A stretch of 63,311 nucleotides of DNA, the filler included, from Platydemus manokwari (taxonomy: Eukaryota), in assembly GCA_037951405.1 (NCBI GenBank). It is 6 parts of 6 records of this genome, joined end to end, with 100 filler letters (N's around TTAATTAATTAA, not from the genome) between each part and the next. Parts side by side here need not be neighbours in the genome. Positions count along the whole stretch, not along the records: positions 11,467 to 23,878 come from JBBMOY010148899.1; positions 23,979 to 34,539 come from JBBMOY011124108.1; 4 more parts are not named here. The stretch is one strand, 5' to 3'. Positions 11,810-26,054 of the stretch are shown here, one piece after another. Each line of letters begins with the position of its first letter. Position 1 is the stretch's first letter. Both the position numbers and the translations under genes were made by a program. The notes beneath the pieces were generated by a model. It did not search any database. It saw only the letters and a program-made list of their open reading frames with translations, and was not told the origin of the DNA.

Positions 11810-14800
11810 GTATAAAACAATTCTGGAAAATTCATTTAATGATGAAACTATTGTCACAGAATATACCGAGGAATACAGAGCTGGAATAAAATCCATGGTC
11901 GGAATGGGTTTAACAGAGAGATTTCCAAAAGAAACAACCGAATTTCTTTGGGTTGGAATTCTTGATTTTATTAATTTTCCAGTAAAAAATAATAATAATT
12001 TATGTTAACATGAATCGAAAGTTTTGATAAAAAATGAACTTCATTGTTAGTGACTCTATACGTGTTGGTTTCCTATTGAAAGAATATAATTTAATTGTCT
12101 CACGAATAAGGTTAAAAATAATAGAATGTTACTATTATCATTATTATCATCGATCAATCGTACTGATAAAAATTCATAATATTATTATGAAAGGCGTCTT
12201 TAACCAAACCATAATCAGTAGCAAATGTGAGTGAAATGAAAGTTGGTATGAATCCCCAATTATCAAATTCTTGAGTAAGAGATTTAAAACAAAAATGAAA
12301 CCTGTACTAGGGTTTGTTTGAAACCAATTTGAGATATATATCTCCAAACATATAAACGAGAATACACAAACATGACAAAAATATCCATTAAAAGCAATGC
12401 AAAGATAAACACAAAATTTAATAAAACTTTGAGAAATACACATTGCTATACATGACCATATAAACATGCTCAATTCATTGAAAATGCTAAATAAAGAAAT
12501 AAAGATAAAACTATTCAATTAAAACCAGCACACTGAAAATTCCAATATAATTAAAAATCTCTTTTAATTTGAATAAATTGCCTTTTAAAAGCTATTGTGC
12601 AACGAAATTAATAGGCGCTAATTTGCGATTATCCACGTTCAACCACTTCTCAGTAATTGCTTGTGAGAATGGGTGAATCACAGACCATTAAAAATGTTAG
12701 CTGCCAAAATTTCTTCGTTTTTAATTTTCAAATCAAAAGTCATGTTTTCAACAGAACAAAAACTATACATTTTAAATATACCAATTTTCGAACAAATTTG
12801 AAAATATTTAACATTTATTTACATGAGATTTGTCTTCTTTTTTGATTCAAATAAAAAGGCTCTAATTTTAATTTTTTATTTAAAAGATTTAAATTTTACT
12901 TTTAGTAATTTAAATAATTTTTAAAATTGAGAGATTAACATTAGTTTTTTAAGCAAGATCATTTTATAAATATCAATATGGTATATTTTTTTAATATAAT
13001 TTTTTAAAAATATCTTTTAACTCAAATTTTTATAATTTTAATCTTATTCCAATTTTAATTATTTATCGCATTTTTAAATAAACCTCACAATAAAATAAAC
13101 GCTTGGTGCTTTTCGTTGTCTTCGCTCTTCGTATTTATTAAATACTGAATTATAGATCCTATCCGATATTGATAAGGAAAATAGATAATGAAACCGGTCT
13201 AGAGATAAAATACCTGTTATGACTGGTAGTAGTTCAATCAGCAAGTCCTCACGACCTTTCAAATTATTATAATTATTCAAAGTCAAATAAAATAAACAAT
13301 ATTCAAATTTTAAAATACTTCACTGAAAATAATCGTAATAATTTTCTATATTGTCACAGGAATCAGAGCAAAATTTTCAATATGCATTGAAAAAAGCAAT
13401 TTTCGATTATATTTTACTAAATAAAAAGGAACAAATTCGCCTGGGTTTACCTATGCCAGAAAAAGTAAGCGCTTGAATATTATATGAAGTCCTACAATAA
13501 TAACTGTTTTAGCAATCGCTTTCTGTATTGAGAGAGCAAATGCCTTGGCATGAAAATTGTGACAATTCCAAGAATTCTCTACAAAAATACGGTTATTTTA
13601 CACATTGCGTTGTTGTTAAGTTATTATCCAATTTCACAAAGAAGTATTGATTCTTATCCACTAATAAATTGATTCCAAAATCCTTTTACTAGATATTGGA
13701 ATACTAGATTGATCAATACGCAGGAAATCCGTGATCTGGCTCCAGTCTCATTGAACGATCTGGTTGTGATGTGCGAAAATTATTCGATAGCACAGAGTAA
13801 ATTTTTGCAAGAAAATTGGATGAAAGATTGTCAAACTATAATCAATGCAAACATTGACACAATAGAGAGTATAATGCCTAAAGATCCGGTTATAATTTTT
13901 ATAAAAATTATGAGAATATTGATGGAAACTATGACGATTATGATAATAATAATAATAATTATTATTATTCCAACAGTGATATTCCTATTAATCTAAAATT
14001 ATAATCATTGAAATTATAATTAATATCAAGGTGATAATATTATAAATGATATTGATTATAACGAATAATATGAAATATAATTAAAATCATGGTGATGATA
14101 CTTCAACTCTAAAACAAGGTAATGTAAATACTTAATCTTCTGTTGCTGTTTTTCTTATCAGTTATCCACTTTAATGAATTATTTGTTTTAATCATAGCAC
14201 ATGTAATTTCATTTTGATCTCATATCAGCTTATCTCTCATATTAGTGCAGCAAATAAAACCGCGCTACACAATTAATTTTTTATATTACTGAGTTCCAAC
14301 ATGACGAACATTTTTTAATTTAAAATTCGCGGGTTTATATTTTCTTTCCTTTAATTTCTTTTAGGTTGGTTTGTACCAGTGTCACATTTTATGTCGGTAT
14401 AAATTTACATTTGAGATTATCAAAACAAAAAGTGTTTTTCGAATTTTTCAATGTATTATTTTGTTGAGAAAAGAAGTTATACTGAATTTTGTTTTTGGAA
14501 TGATATTTCGAAGGCAGAAATACTGAAGATGTTGCCGAAGGTCTTCGATAACAAGGCTATATGAGTAGTATAAAATGTTCATGGCTGTATCACATTTTTA
14601 TTTAATCTGTACTGTTCCATGTTTCTATTGGGCTTACTGGTTTTTGTATATGCGAGGTTGGTCAATACCTGTGTGTTGTTGTGTGGCTGTTCCTTTTTAC
14701 AATTATTGCTTTCCATCTAACTATGATTGGTTGATTGCCATGAATGTATGGTTGTGTAAGCATGTGAATGCTTAAAGTGCTAAAACAAAGATTCCAAGGT

Positions 14801-17800
14801 TCAAATCCGTTTTTCTTTTGCAGGATTTCGTCTCACTTAACACAATAATTTGAAATATTTATTTGGTGTTGTTATTCAAATTGACTTCCCAAATGATTAG
14901 GTTAACTTGTAAAGCTTGAGTTATTAATTCATTAATATGTTCAAATATTAATGAAGACTAATCACGAATCGATTTTGACCAATATATTAACATTTTTGAA
15001 ATGAACCATTTGAATGACATTTAAGCAAATGGTTATTATATCGATTTTTTATTAATTGAAAATGCAAGTCGATACTATTTTATAAAATATCGCATTGAAA
15101 ACGAACTAAGCCACGATCCAAAATATATATTTTTATTATAATTATTAAATTAATATCTTATAAATATTTTCAAATTTTATTTATAAATTATCACATGGGT
15201 TATTACTGATTTATCACTAATAAAAGGAATTGATTTACTTTACAACGAATTACGATGAATAAATCGTCGATTATTTTCTTTTATTATTAACAAGGTATAT
15301 TTATTAACTTAGCAATTTATAGATTGGCCATACTAAAGAGATGCAAAAATACTTCAACTGTGTAGCCACATTACAATCAAATATTTTGAGATACATTGTT
15401 CGATGTTCGATTCAAGAATTTATCGATCTGTTTGAAGAGTTTAGTGATGTCATTTGTTATGAAGGAACATATGATATGTTCTCTGGATTTGCAGTTTCAG
15501 ATAAAATATCGATATTGAGAATTCATCTGGTAAGCGATTTGTTCTCACTTTCGTCAACTCTCAGAAATTCATTTTCGATTGCTGTAGATAGTCTTATAAT
15601 GTATTACTATATAAATTTATTTATTTATTGTGATATTTAAATGTCAATCTTTTGTGTGAGTTTGATGGGCATTGTGGGATGAGAATGTTAGAGGACCAAT
15701 ATATGAGTATAAACAAATTAAATTATTTTAATATATATATCTTGCGCTCAAATAAGATCATTTTGACAGGCATTTGAACCAATCATTTTTTTCGATCCTA
15801 AATTTAATTTAAGTACAAAAAATTTAAGTATGCAAAAAATTAAATAAGAATGTTTTACTTATGAATTTCCAATACAAAAAATTTCGAAATTGTTTATGTA
15901 TATTACAAGTTATTTTGGAGAACTCTAGTGGAGCATAGTCAATACATACATTAGTCCAAATTTTAATCGAAAAATATAGTTCTAAAATAAATATTAAATA
16001 TGATACTTGACACTGGAAATCGCCGGTCGACTGGTTTGTAATGTGAACATAAGTTGAATATCAAGTCCTCAATCATTGATTCAAATGAACGTCAGTGAGT
16101 CTTATTCGGTTTTTTATTTGATTTATTTTAAATTGGGATAGAATGATTCACAAGAATATGTTGATAATTTAATAGGGTTCCTTTTGATAGCACATCTCAA
16201 CAATAAAAACTTATTTCCATTCCAGAAATTCGAGTGTTTTTCTTCATTACGATGCGATATCAATTCGATGTCGTTTGTTACAATTTTAATTACTATTTCT
16301 AAGTTCTAAATGCATCGCACGTGGTTTTTTTTAATAAGAAAAAATTTGTAAATTCTTCAAATTCATTTTCCCAGTATGGAATAAATTTAAAAATCTTTAT
16401 TCTACTTTTCTTTTAGTGAGCCATCTAACTTCTGTGCGATTAAGACTTCAAATTCAGTGTCTTATTTATAGAAATATAATTAATCTATGATGCACTGCTA
16501 CTGGTCTCATTAAATTTGTATAATAAGTTGAAAAAGAATTATTTAATACTTCTTGCTGAATAATGAGAAGAAACTTTTGTTGACAGTCTTCTTTCCAGGT
16601 TCTCCCTCTGTTGTAATTACAGATAACTATTCTAAAGGCCGGTTGTTTTCTTCGTCTAAATATTTTTTCAATCCAATATGGATATCGTTCCCTTCTGAAC
16701 ACCTTTGTAAAAGTAGAATTTTTGGAAATTCTTCTTTACTGAATAGTCGTAATAACCACCTTTACAACAATAGTAGTAGTACATATAGTTTTTGATAGTA
16801 AAATTGTTCTTCTCATTGCTCATTAAATTATTGTCTTTTCTGATTTTTTCTTTATTCTCCATATATTTTGTAACAACAATAAAAAAATAAAAATAAAAAA
16901 GCTAAAGTTAAGATAAGGGATTCCAAAATAAAATTTTAAAAACCATGAGAGTCTCGCTAGAATCTGAATAATTGTAGCAATTATATTTAATTATATTATT
17001 TAATTTCCCTGAATTTTTAAGCAGTAAAAATTGTCCTAATTTGAAATATTAAGTTAAGGATGATTAAATATTGGAAACATTCAAAAATATTTTTTTTCTG
17101 TAAAAATGTCTAAGTTGGCTAATAATTTATTTTTTAAATAATGATGAGGACTTCTCTTTATATAAGAAGCGAATTAAGATTTTTCGATATAATTTAGTTT
17201 CCAAAATTTTTAATTTTCTTAAAAATCTTTAATGTAAAAACCATAATAAAAATATTCATTCACCATTAATTTATGAAAGCAGAAAAAGATTATGAGATAA
17301 TTTTTCATAATCTAAGTCGATTTATTCGTCCAGTCATGCAGAGCCATTTCAAAGTCTCTAAGAATTATTTTTTGTTAAAATTCTAATTCTACAGTTTAAA
17401 CAATTAAACTGGTGTTGAAATTTCTAAAACTTAGAAATTTCAAAGTTAATACAGCGGCCACGTGAATGTATCGAACGACGTGTTACAAACCATTAAATCA
17501 GATAGTAATCGAAATGTCAAATAAGTAATGAAAATATCTCATATTTTTTCAGAATGTCGACTCAACAGAAACTGCTCAAGTTATTTTTACACCAAGTTTC
17601 GATCGAATTTGCGATCAACTCTGTCAAATCATTGACAATATGATTGGATCAGTAAGTCAATTTCAAAGACTAGAAAAAGTTCTTTTCATACCCGTAGAAG
17701 GCGCACCTTCATTACCCCATATATACAGCACATTGTGCTATGAAGAGTTTGTAATTTTAAACAAACAGAAACTAAGGGATTATGTGATGCGCAACAGTGA

Positions 17801-20800
17801 ATCACCAATGAAGTGAGTTAAATCTTAGAGATCAATAATTTTGACTCATTTGATAATATATCAGGTACTCGATGATATATGGTAAATTCAAATATCTTTT
17901 GAACAAGAATGCCGAAGAAAGTGCAAATCAATTCATCAATTCGGATAGACATTTACGTGAATATGAAACTGAACTGGAAAAATTAAAATCCCTTGCAGAT
18001 GAAGCTGCTGATTTATCGATGTTTCTACCGATGAATCTTTTTTTCCTTGACTGTCAGATAATAAATCAGGTAATGAAATCATCACCATAACGTAAACAGT
18101 GTATTCATAATTCTTAATATGTGAATCAGTGGCTCCTTGATCGGGAAATGCAATTGCGAATGATCTATTTGAATCATATGACGAATAAAAGTAGAATCTT
18201 CAATCGATCGATATGTACTCAGTACGACCAGATTGTTCGCAAAATTACCAAACAGTCTGAATCAACTTCTCAACTAGTGGAACTTCAAAATTATATAGAA
18301 AAACTCCATACCGGTGAACTTCTATCATTGAAAGTAGTAGTTGTTATGTGTAAAATATATTTTTAAAAATTCTTCAGACAAAATTGGATAAAGCTGCTAA
18401 GAATGTCTTATTTTTAATGAGCTATGCGATTCTCCCATCAGATGATATTCTTTTGAACAATACAACATTCACATGGGAGAAACGAATTATACCAATATTA
18501 GAGAGCTCGTAATTTTAATTTTTTTAATTTTTTTTTAACTTTTAATAATATTACTGAAAATTAACATAAATGATTAGAATTATTTGTATTAAATTAATTT
18601 TAAGATATATTTCAGAACATCACTAGAATATTTTTCAATAAATAAAGTTCATAATTTCACATCCGTTCAGATAATCTGTTGTAGAAGACATAAGTCGAAA
18701 TATTGGTGTGTGTGCATATATAGTAAATATTTTAAAAATATTTTCTTGCCTTTAGAAAAATACGGACAGTTGAAGTTGATGGCATTGTCTTTGATTAATT
18801 TTCGTAATTACACACTATAAAATTACACTACTAAATTACAATTATCAAGTGGAAGATATAATATTTTTAAAATATATGATAAGGAACACTTTTATTGAGC
18901 GAAAGAAATCTAAATTTGTTTTTGATTCTTTATCATATTTAAATGAGATAATCGATTAAAGTTACAATTAATTCTGTTCTGATTGTGTGGTCTTGCCTTA
19001 AAATAGAAAAATGATTTCTTTACATAAAATGTTAAAAAAACATTTTAAAAAGATAGACCTGAAATTACGTTAGCAATATTTATGATGTTTGTGGCAATAA
19101 TAGCAGCAATAATCGTATTAATAACATCAATAGTAATAGTGTTAATAATAATGATGATGATGATTAATAACGGTTACCTAATATCAGATCTTTAGGTGAA
19201 ATGCAAATCTCGTTAACTACAAGTGATTTTAAAATATCATTCACAATTCATGTCTAGTCGATACGATCATTTTAGAGGTTTTCTTTTTATTCGCATTATT
19301 GTTCTTTATTTTAGTAATCATTAACATTGCAAACGAGTTCAGTGGAAATACTTTATATTTTGCGTAGTTCAAATTAGGATGCACGTACTCTTTTATTGGG
19401 ATATTTAATTAATATTTTCAGAGTCTATAATTTGACAAAGGAGCACGAGCGCGCTCTAAGTAAATTGGAAAACTGGCAAAAACAATTTCTGGCAACACTG
19501 ATCGAAATGAAAGCTCAGATCAAAGAGTTCAGTCAGAGAAATCAGCTTAACGAGGCCGTCGAGAATGATTTAGAATTGGATAAGATGGGCGACAGATTGG
19601 AACAATGTATTGAAGAAGTATTAGTGTTGTATTTGGCTTTTAATGTTTTTTCCCATTATTAAATTGCTGATCAGCGATTATTGAAATACATATGAACATC
19701 TATACAAGCAATAAATTGAAAGATGTGGCTAATTATATATGTGAGGTGAATATGAGCAAGTTGACATTGAATTTGTTGGTTTGTAATTTCAATTTATATT
19801 GACTCGTAAAGAAAATAACTAAAATGTCATGTCAATAAGCCATCTGAAGAGCTTGTCAGTGAATCGATGAGCACGGTATCATAAACTTAAAATAGTACTA
19901 AATATCTCAGAAATTAAATTTGTTTTTCAATGTGATTAATTGCAGTTTTTAAATTATAAATATCGTGTCATTTTAATTACAATATATTTGGAAATAAAGG
20001 TTCTCTGATACAGATTGAGTGTTTAAATATTTATTTTCAAGGAAATTTGGTTATCTAAAAATATAATTTGTTTTGAAACGAAATATGTTTTCCATATTAA
20101 AAAAAAAGTTAAATATTTTCATTGTCATCTCAATTGATGTGAAATTAATTATGATCAATTCATGAGGCCAAGCTGCTATCGTAGAACTAGTGAAAGTATG
20201 ATTGATGAACATCAATTATTAGTTTTGTAAATGCATATTATTTTAGAAAGAAGCAGTTAAAATAATATTTCAGAGTTAATTATTGATTTCGCTTTTTAAT
20301 TTTTTTATCATTTAATTAGTTGTATTTTATTTTAAATTTGTTGTTTGAATATTTATGATGTAAATGAAAACACTTCATTTTTAAAAATTATTAATTAAAA
20401 CGTAATATTACACTCTCATATATATATAAATCAATAGTTTTCAACCAGGATTCCACCAGTACATTACAGGAGTTCCACAATTTCTAAATTTTTAAATTAT
20501 AATAACGAACAAATAAACAACATGTTAAATTCAATTTCGAAAATCTATCCACATTTAACAATTACTGGTTGAAAAGGAATATCCTGAAATTGACCAGAAA
20601 GTTTTTCGACTTCTTGTGCAATTTTCAACTTCATATTTATGTGAATTTGGATTTTCAAATATCATAATCATTAAACATAAGAAACGAGTACAATTGCTGT
20701 CTGTGGAAGACGAACTTCGTGTGTGTGTGTCAAAAACAAGACCGAATCTTAAAGAGTTGTGCAGGAAAAACCAGGCTCAAATTTTCCACTGAGTTTTTGA

Positions 20801-22468
20801 TAAAAATAAATTTAGTCTATTCAAAGACGTATAATTTTGTTTTCATTTCATCTACATCATTTACAATACTCAGACAATAAATACTTTTATTTCATTTTAA
20901 AAATGAATGCAATTTTCTGCATAAAACAATTAAATTATTGCACAGAGGTTCCTCAGGCCAGAGGAATGTTTCTGTGGGGTTCCTCTCCAGCTAAAAGGTT
21001 GAAAACCACTGATATAGATAGATGGATTTTTCGTTCAATTTATAAAAAACCACGTTGTTATGTTATCAAAAAGTCAAGAAATTAATGAAATATATTAAAA
21101 AGATTTAGATGTCAATAATTTCATTTTATCAAATTGTATATTAATCATAAAGTTATTTTAACCTGCCTAAAATTTTCGTTTTGGTTTTCTTTAAATTCTT
21201 CACAGATATTGATGAGATTATTCGTTGTAAATATGATTCAATTAGATGAAAACAGAAAATGTATCTCACTCATTGCGAACAATTTCCCATCAAAATTTGA
21301 TTATGCATATCTCTTTTTGAATGTTACATACATTTTTTTATGTAATAAATCGGAATATATTGATAAACTAACTATTACTTAATTGGTTAATTTTATTTCC
21401 TTAAAAAACGATTACAAATTATGTATTTTCAGTCTAATAACTGTATTTTTTTATAAGCTTATTTTTTAATGTAGGAACGAAACTTATACTAATATATTGT
21501 TTGTATTTAACTAATTTACTTTAATTTTGGAGTCAATATTTCGGATTTGTTCCACTCTTGTTTATAATTTCAGAGTTAAAGATTAGACATAATTTATCTC
21601 TATTTTATCGAGATACATAATTTGGAAAACTGTATTAATTTATAAGGAGTATTTCATAATAGTATTTGATAAATAATTATAGTTCTCTAAGAACAATGAA
21701 GTAGGCTTTCAGACTTCATATAAATGAAATTGAATTATATCCATAAAAGGAATCACGTCCAGTATTGTTAATTGCAATTCTCACATCTAATTATAACATA
21801 TTAAATAAATAGAACGAAAGATGGCAGAGAACTAGAGTCGGCACTGTCATTATATAGTGTTTTAATGAAATTATGTTTAGCCACCGATCTTATTGATATC
21901 TTAATACGATAAGGGCCGTATAAACTTTTAACTTAAAGTCATAAATATTTGAAATTTGTATTGATGTAACAATCTCTGAATCAGAAACGACTGATAAATT
22001 ATGAAGAAATGCTACTCAATACTGGTACTCAATCACCTTATTTTCAATTGCAAGAAATTCTGACAATTAAAGAACCTTACGATCGTTTGTGGAAAATTGC
22101 TGTGAGTTATCACAAGCTCTATGATAAATGGATGAATGGTCCGATTCTGGAGGTTGATGCTGAAGAAGTTGAAACGGAGGTCAGAGGGATTAATTATTTT
22201 TGAAATTAAAGATTTTATTTAATAGACTCAAAGTCTATGGAAAACAGCATACAGACTAACAAAGGTGTTCTCGCATCCGGAATACAAGGGTCCAATGAGA
22301 TGTGCTGCTACTATCAAAGCAAAACTTGAAAAATTCAAAATCAATTTACCCATAATTCAAGCATTGTGTAATCCCGGATTGAAACAGCGACATTGGGATG
22401 ACATGAGCAGCAAAGTTAATAATTACATAATAATTATTATTGATATTATAATAATTATTATATTCGTG

Positions 22469-22533
<65 letters not shown>

Positions 22534-22914
22534 GGTTGGTTTTGACATTACTCCGCGAATTGATACCCCACTTTCCGATATGCTAGCAATGGGATTGGAT
22601 AAACATTTAGAGGATCTTACCGAGGTTTCATCAAAAGCAAGTAAAGAATTTTCATTGGAGAAGGTAAGTACAGATGTAGCAATGACACATTTATTGTTTT
22701 TTCAATAATTTAGGCATTGATCAGAATGAAGAACGATTGGCAAGAAGTTGTTTTCAATTTCACTCCATATAAAGAAACTGGAGTGAATATTCTTTGTGCT
22801 GTCGATGATATTCAAGTGCTATTGGAAGACCATCTTGTCAAAACGTCAACAATGAGAAACTCTCCATTCATTGGACCATTTGAAATAGAAATTAATGATT
22901 GGGATAAAACTTTA
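11810..22914 (+). CDS. Axonemal inner-arm dynein heavy chain (DNAH3/7/12-like), partial: tail to start of DHC_N2/linker. Exons: 11810-11951, 13360-13464, 13513-13643, 13693-13888, 15323-15529, 17553-17812, 17865-18069, 18130-18333, 18378-18508, 19422-19617, 21985-22179, 22226-22414, 22535-22663, 22714-22914
   Basis: All introns are GT-AG with matching phases. Motifs YALKKAIFDYIL..KEQIRLG, MPWH, INYEEML, EPYDRLW, LCNPGLKQRHW, ASKEFSLEK, VDDIQVLLEDHLVKTSTMRNSPF. Truncated at both contig ends; exact paralogue not resolvable by eye. Confidence 0.92.
20432..21011 (+). mobile_element. Non-autonomous hAT (Buster/Charlie group) element in a dynein intron, retaining the transposase C-terminus
   Basis: TIRs CAATAGTTTTCAACC / GGTTGAAAACCACTG; 8-bp TSD ATATAAAT/ATATAGAT (nnnTAnnn); internal frame EYPEI...FSTSYLCEFGFS...KHKKR...VEDELRVCVS...QAQISH*. 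Confidence 0.9.
22415..22534 (+). repeat. 120-nt dynein intron largely made of an (ATT)n microsatellite
   Basis: GT...AG boundaries, perfect ATT run ~22469-22531. Confidence 0.9.
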
Positions 22915-23878
22915 GTAAGTATCTGAAATATAAAGCTTAACTCTCTTAGAAACGATCCACCTAAGTAGATGGATTTGTAATTCTGTAATTGAAAGGGAGC
23001 TGAATATTGATAATAACAAGTTCCCAGTAATTCAATTTTAAATTGTTTATAAAATATTGCCTTTTATTACTCATTACTATCAGTAGCTAAGTATTTAAAT
23101 TTGTAAAACAAAAAATTGCAATGAAATTTTATGTCAATTAATTACAACAATTTATGGATGAAGAAATAAAGTACAAGTTTTTTAGTTAGTTGAAATAAAC
23201 TTATTTTTATATTACCTGTTATTAACTTAGTTACAGAAGTGCTTGTAATGTGACTCTAACGTGATTATCGATACATTCTTAAAAACAAATAGGATTAATA
23301 AAAATATTATTAATAAAATTAATTTGATAAAGAAGCTGGAATAACAAGTTAAAAATTGGTATCAATGAAAATGAAGATGTATTTGCTGAAAGATTTGTTA
23401 AAATTTTACATAGTATGATGTGGAAACATTCAACTAATATTAAGAATCGAATTGGAATATTCCAATTTGTTACTTAAATGTGTTTGTTAATTGATATAAT
23501 AATAAAATTTATTGGAATATTAGTGATACCTAGTTTGTATTTTAATTTGATTAAAAATTGATTTATTATCAAAGTTTTCAAAAACATCTTCGTTGGTAAA
23601 ATATCATAAAAATTAAAATAAATATTTACTTAACGAAACACAAAGATTTATTACCTTAAATAGTTCCTCAATTCATAATATCTTTTTTAGTTGTAGATAT
23701 TTTATTAAACACGTCTCTCATGCAAACCTTAACATTTAAATGGAAGCCAATATATTAGGTGTATTAGTATGATTCCGGCTTTTACAAAAATGAGTTAAAA
23801 TTTGGATTTCAATGAATAAATTTAATTGTTATCGTTTAATAATTGTAAGGTCATATATTAACTAATTGATAAACACAT

Positions 23879-23978
23879 NNNNNNNNNNNNNNNNNNNNNN
23901 NNNNNNNNNNNNNNNNNNNNNNTTAATTAATTAANNNNNNNNNNNNNNNNNNNNNNNNNNNNNNNNNNNNNNNNNNNN
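23879..23978. other. Artificial contig spacer
   Basis: N44-TTAATTAATTAA-N44. Confidence 0.97.
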
Positions 23979-24769
23979 TTTGTAAATAATGACCACGTGG
24001 TGTAGTTTTTCCTTTACAATCGTTGTAAAATTTAGAAGCAACAGCCTTCATTGATCTTGTTGATTTCGTATTGTTTGGAGATTCCATGTGATTAACTCGT
24101 GCATGATGACATTCCTTAGCACCAAAATCTCTTTCCTGCATGATTGAACTTGGCTTTTTGAACGAAATCTCCTTCTGAAAGGGCTTTCTTCATTTACTTT
24201 GAAATACTGAATGATCATATATTTTTGTGATGGCTTTTATCGGCGTCGTCGGAATAAACTTCTCAAAATTGACAGCTAGCTCTCTTCGAAAGTAAAAGAC
24301 TCTTTCAATATAATAAAACATAAGGAGAATTTCGTGAGTAATTATTAATGCATGTTTTATATTGTTTAGATAATGGATTTATATTTGATTATATTATTGA
24401 TCAGATGTACAATGAACTCAGTTCCTTCGAATTAAAATTTCCCTTAAAATGTGTTTTCACCATTTTCATATTTTAATAATTAAAAATGTCAATAGTTCAT
24501 AAATTCGATAATAGTTCAATAAATAATATGACAGATGGTCAAGAAATGATTATCGCTAGAGAAAGAACTTATGGTAGGCAATGTATTAATGAAGACGGAA
24601 ATTATATGAAAGGGCATTTGAGATTAAATAATTACTGAATAACGTACTCAGGTGATCCCGAGAATGAAACAAATCTTATCAATAAGAAGTATTTCAAATA
24701 AGAAAGAAAGTATTGATAAACTTGAATAATTATGTGAATCAACAATAACCAGGATAAATGATAATAAAA

Positions 24770-24955
24770 ACATAAATAAAACGGAACTAAAATTAATCTC
24801 TGAAAAACTTAAGCATTTGAAATTCATAAAAGGAAAAACAAAAACAGAATTTGTCGAGCCGATGAAGAAAAAATTTGGAGTCCTACCTGGAAAGCAAATA
24901 TTAGGCAAACAGAAAAATCTCATTAAAAGTAGGAAAAATATTAAAAATAATTGAC
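24770..24955 (+). mobile_element. Possible pogo/Tigger (CENP-B type HTH) transposase N-terminal remnant
   Basis: ISEKLKHLKFIKGKTKTE...KKFGV loosely resembles a CENP-B-type HTH; no downstream DDE domain seen. Confidence 0.25.
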
Positions 24956-25163
24956 AGAAACTATTAATGATTTAAGAAAATTAATTAATGTTTATACTGT
25001 CGACGTACGCCATATTGTAACACTGTGCCATTAGTAATTTTTAAATGGTGATTACTTCTGAAAAATAAAAATAAATTCCAGTTTAGATTTTGATAATAAA
25101 ACATGCTAGTCTTTATTTTATCTATGAAATTAATTTATTTATTAGTAGCGATAAAAATATGTT

Positions 25164-25281
25164 GTTCTCTCTTAGCAACTGGTTTGACTACAGCGATCAA
25201 CAAACCATTCATTTCTAAAGCGCATAACGATAAATTCTTTGACTGAAACAACAATTGAATGATACCGGTTGCCATGGTATT
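25164..25281. promoter_or_regulatory. Two RFX X-box-like motifs
   Basis: GTTGCCATGGTATT (25268-25281) and TCTCTTAGCAAC (~25168-25179) vs consensus GTTNCCATGGNAAC. Confidence 0.4.
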
Positions 25282-25478
25282 GTTACGTTTGTAATTTTAT
25301 TTTTGTCATCTTCATGCTTTGCCAATATTTATATTTATTTTCATGATTATCGAAATAATAATAAATATAATTTAAATAATAATAATTATTATTATCATTT
25401 TCATAAAATAACAACGAATAATAACATTTAAGACACATTATCGATTACCGTTATTAAATTTCCAAATCAAATGATAAA

Positions 25479-26054
25479 TTATTTTGGATCCGGGATGAAT
25501 GCCGCATTATATGCAGGTGGATTCCCATAATATTGATATGGTTGCATATTTGGATAACTGCTCAAATATTGGGGATAAGGAATTTGACTTTGAGGATAAG
25601 GTGCTTGAATTTGTGAATAAGAGGTTGGACAATGTGGATAAGCAGTCTGGTCATGTAAATAAGAACATTGGCCTTGAATCAATTCATTTTCGAGTGTACT
25701 TGGAGCAGAATTAATCACTTCAACAGTTGTTGTTCCACTGTGTAAGAACCGTCCTCTTCTCTGGATACCCGTTCTCTCGGAACAAATACAGCCACGGCAA
25801 ATTGCGATTACAACGGATACAATAATGATGACAGCTGCCGATGCTATTATTCCGCCAGCAATAGCAGGTATGTAATAGGAATTACATTCAGGATGAGGAT
25901 ATATACTACTCTGACAAGTATAACAGCATCGCATTACTCCACAACAGTAAAACTGGCATCGAAATAAACTATTTGGACAATATTCATATCCACTGATGGT
26001 TGTGGTAAAGATGAAAACAATAACGAATATAGTCATGCCTTTTCCGATCGCCAT
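25479..26054 (-). CDS. Shisa-like / WBP1-VOPP1-type single-pass membrane adaptor, intronless
   Basis: Signal peptide, Cys-rich ectodomain (CPNSLFRCQFYCCGVMRCC), TM helix followed by CRGCIC, Pro/Tyr/Gln-rich tail with PPAY motif; ATG at 26054 or 26036. Confidence 0.85.
   Translation of the reverse strand: MAIGKGMTIFVIVFIFTTTISGYEYCPNSLFRCQFYCCGVMRCCYTCQSSIYPHPECNSYYIPAIAGGIIASAAVIIIVSVVIAICRGCICSERTGIQRRGRFLHSGTTTVEVINSAPSTLENELIQGQCSYLHDQTAYPHCPTSYSQIQAPYPQSQIPYPQYLSSYPNMQPYQYYGNPPAYNAAFIPDPK

Noticed and set aside
13156-13283. Possible extra dynein exon
   Set aside because: Flanking exons (11951->13360) already join in phase with continuous dynein-like sequence
14745-14815. tRNA/SINE-like box B (GGTTCAAATCC)
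   Set aside because: No convincing box A or cloverleaf
18674-18706. Penelope-type minimal hammerhead-like motif (GAC-ATAA-GTC-GAAA)
   Set aside because: CUGANGA core is not intact; other CTGANGA hits lack proper stems
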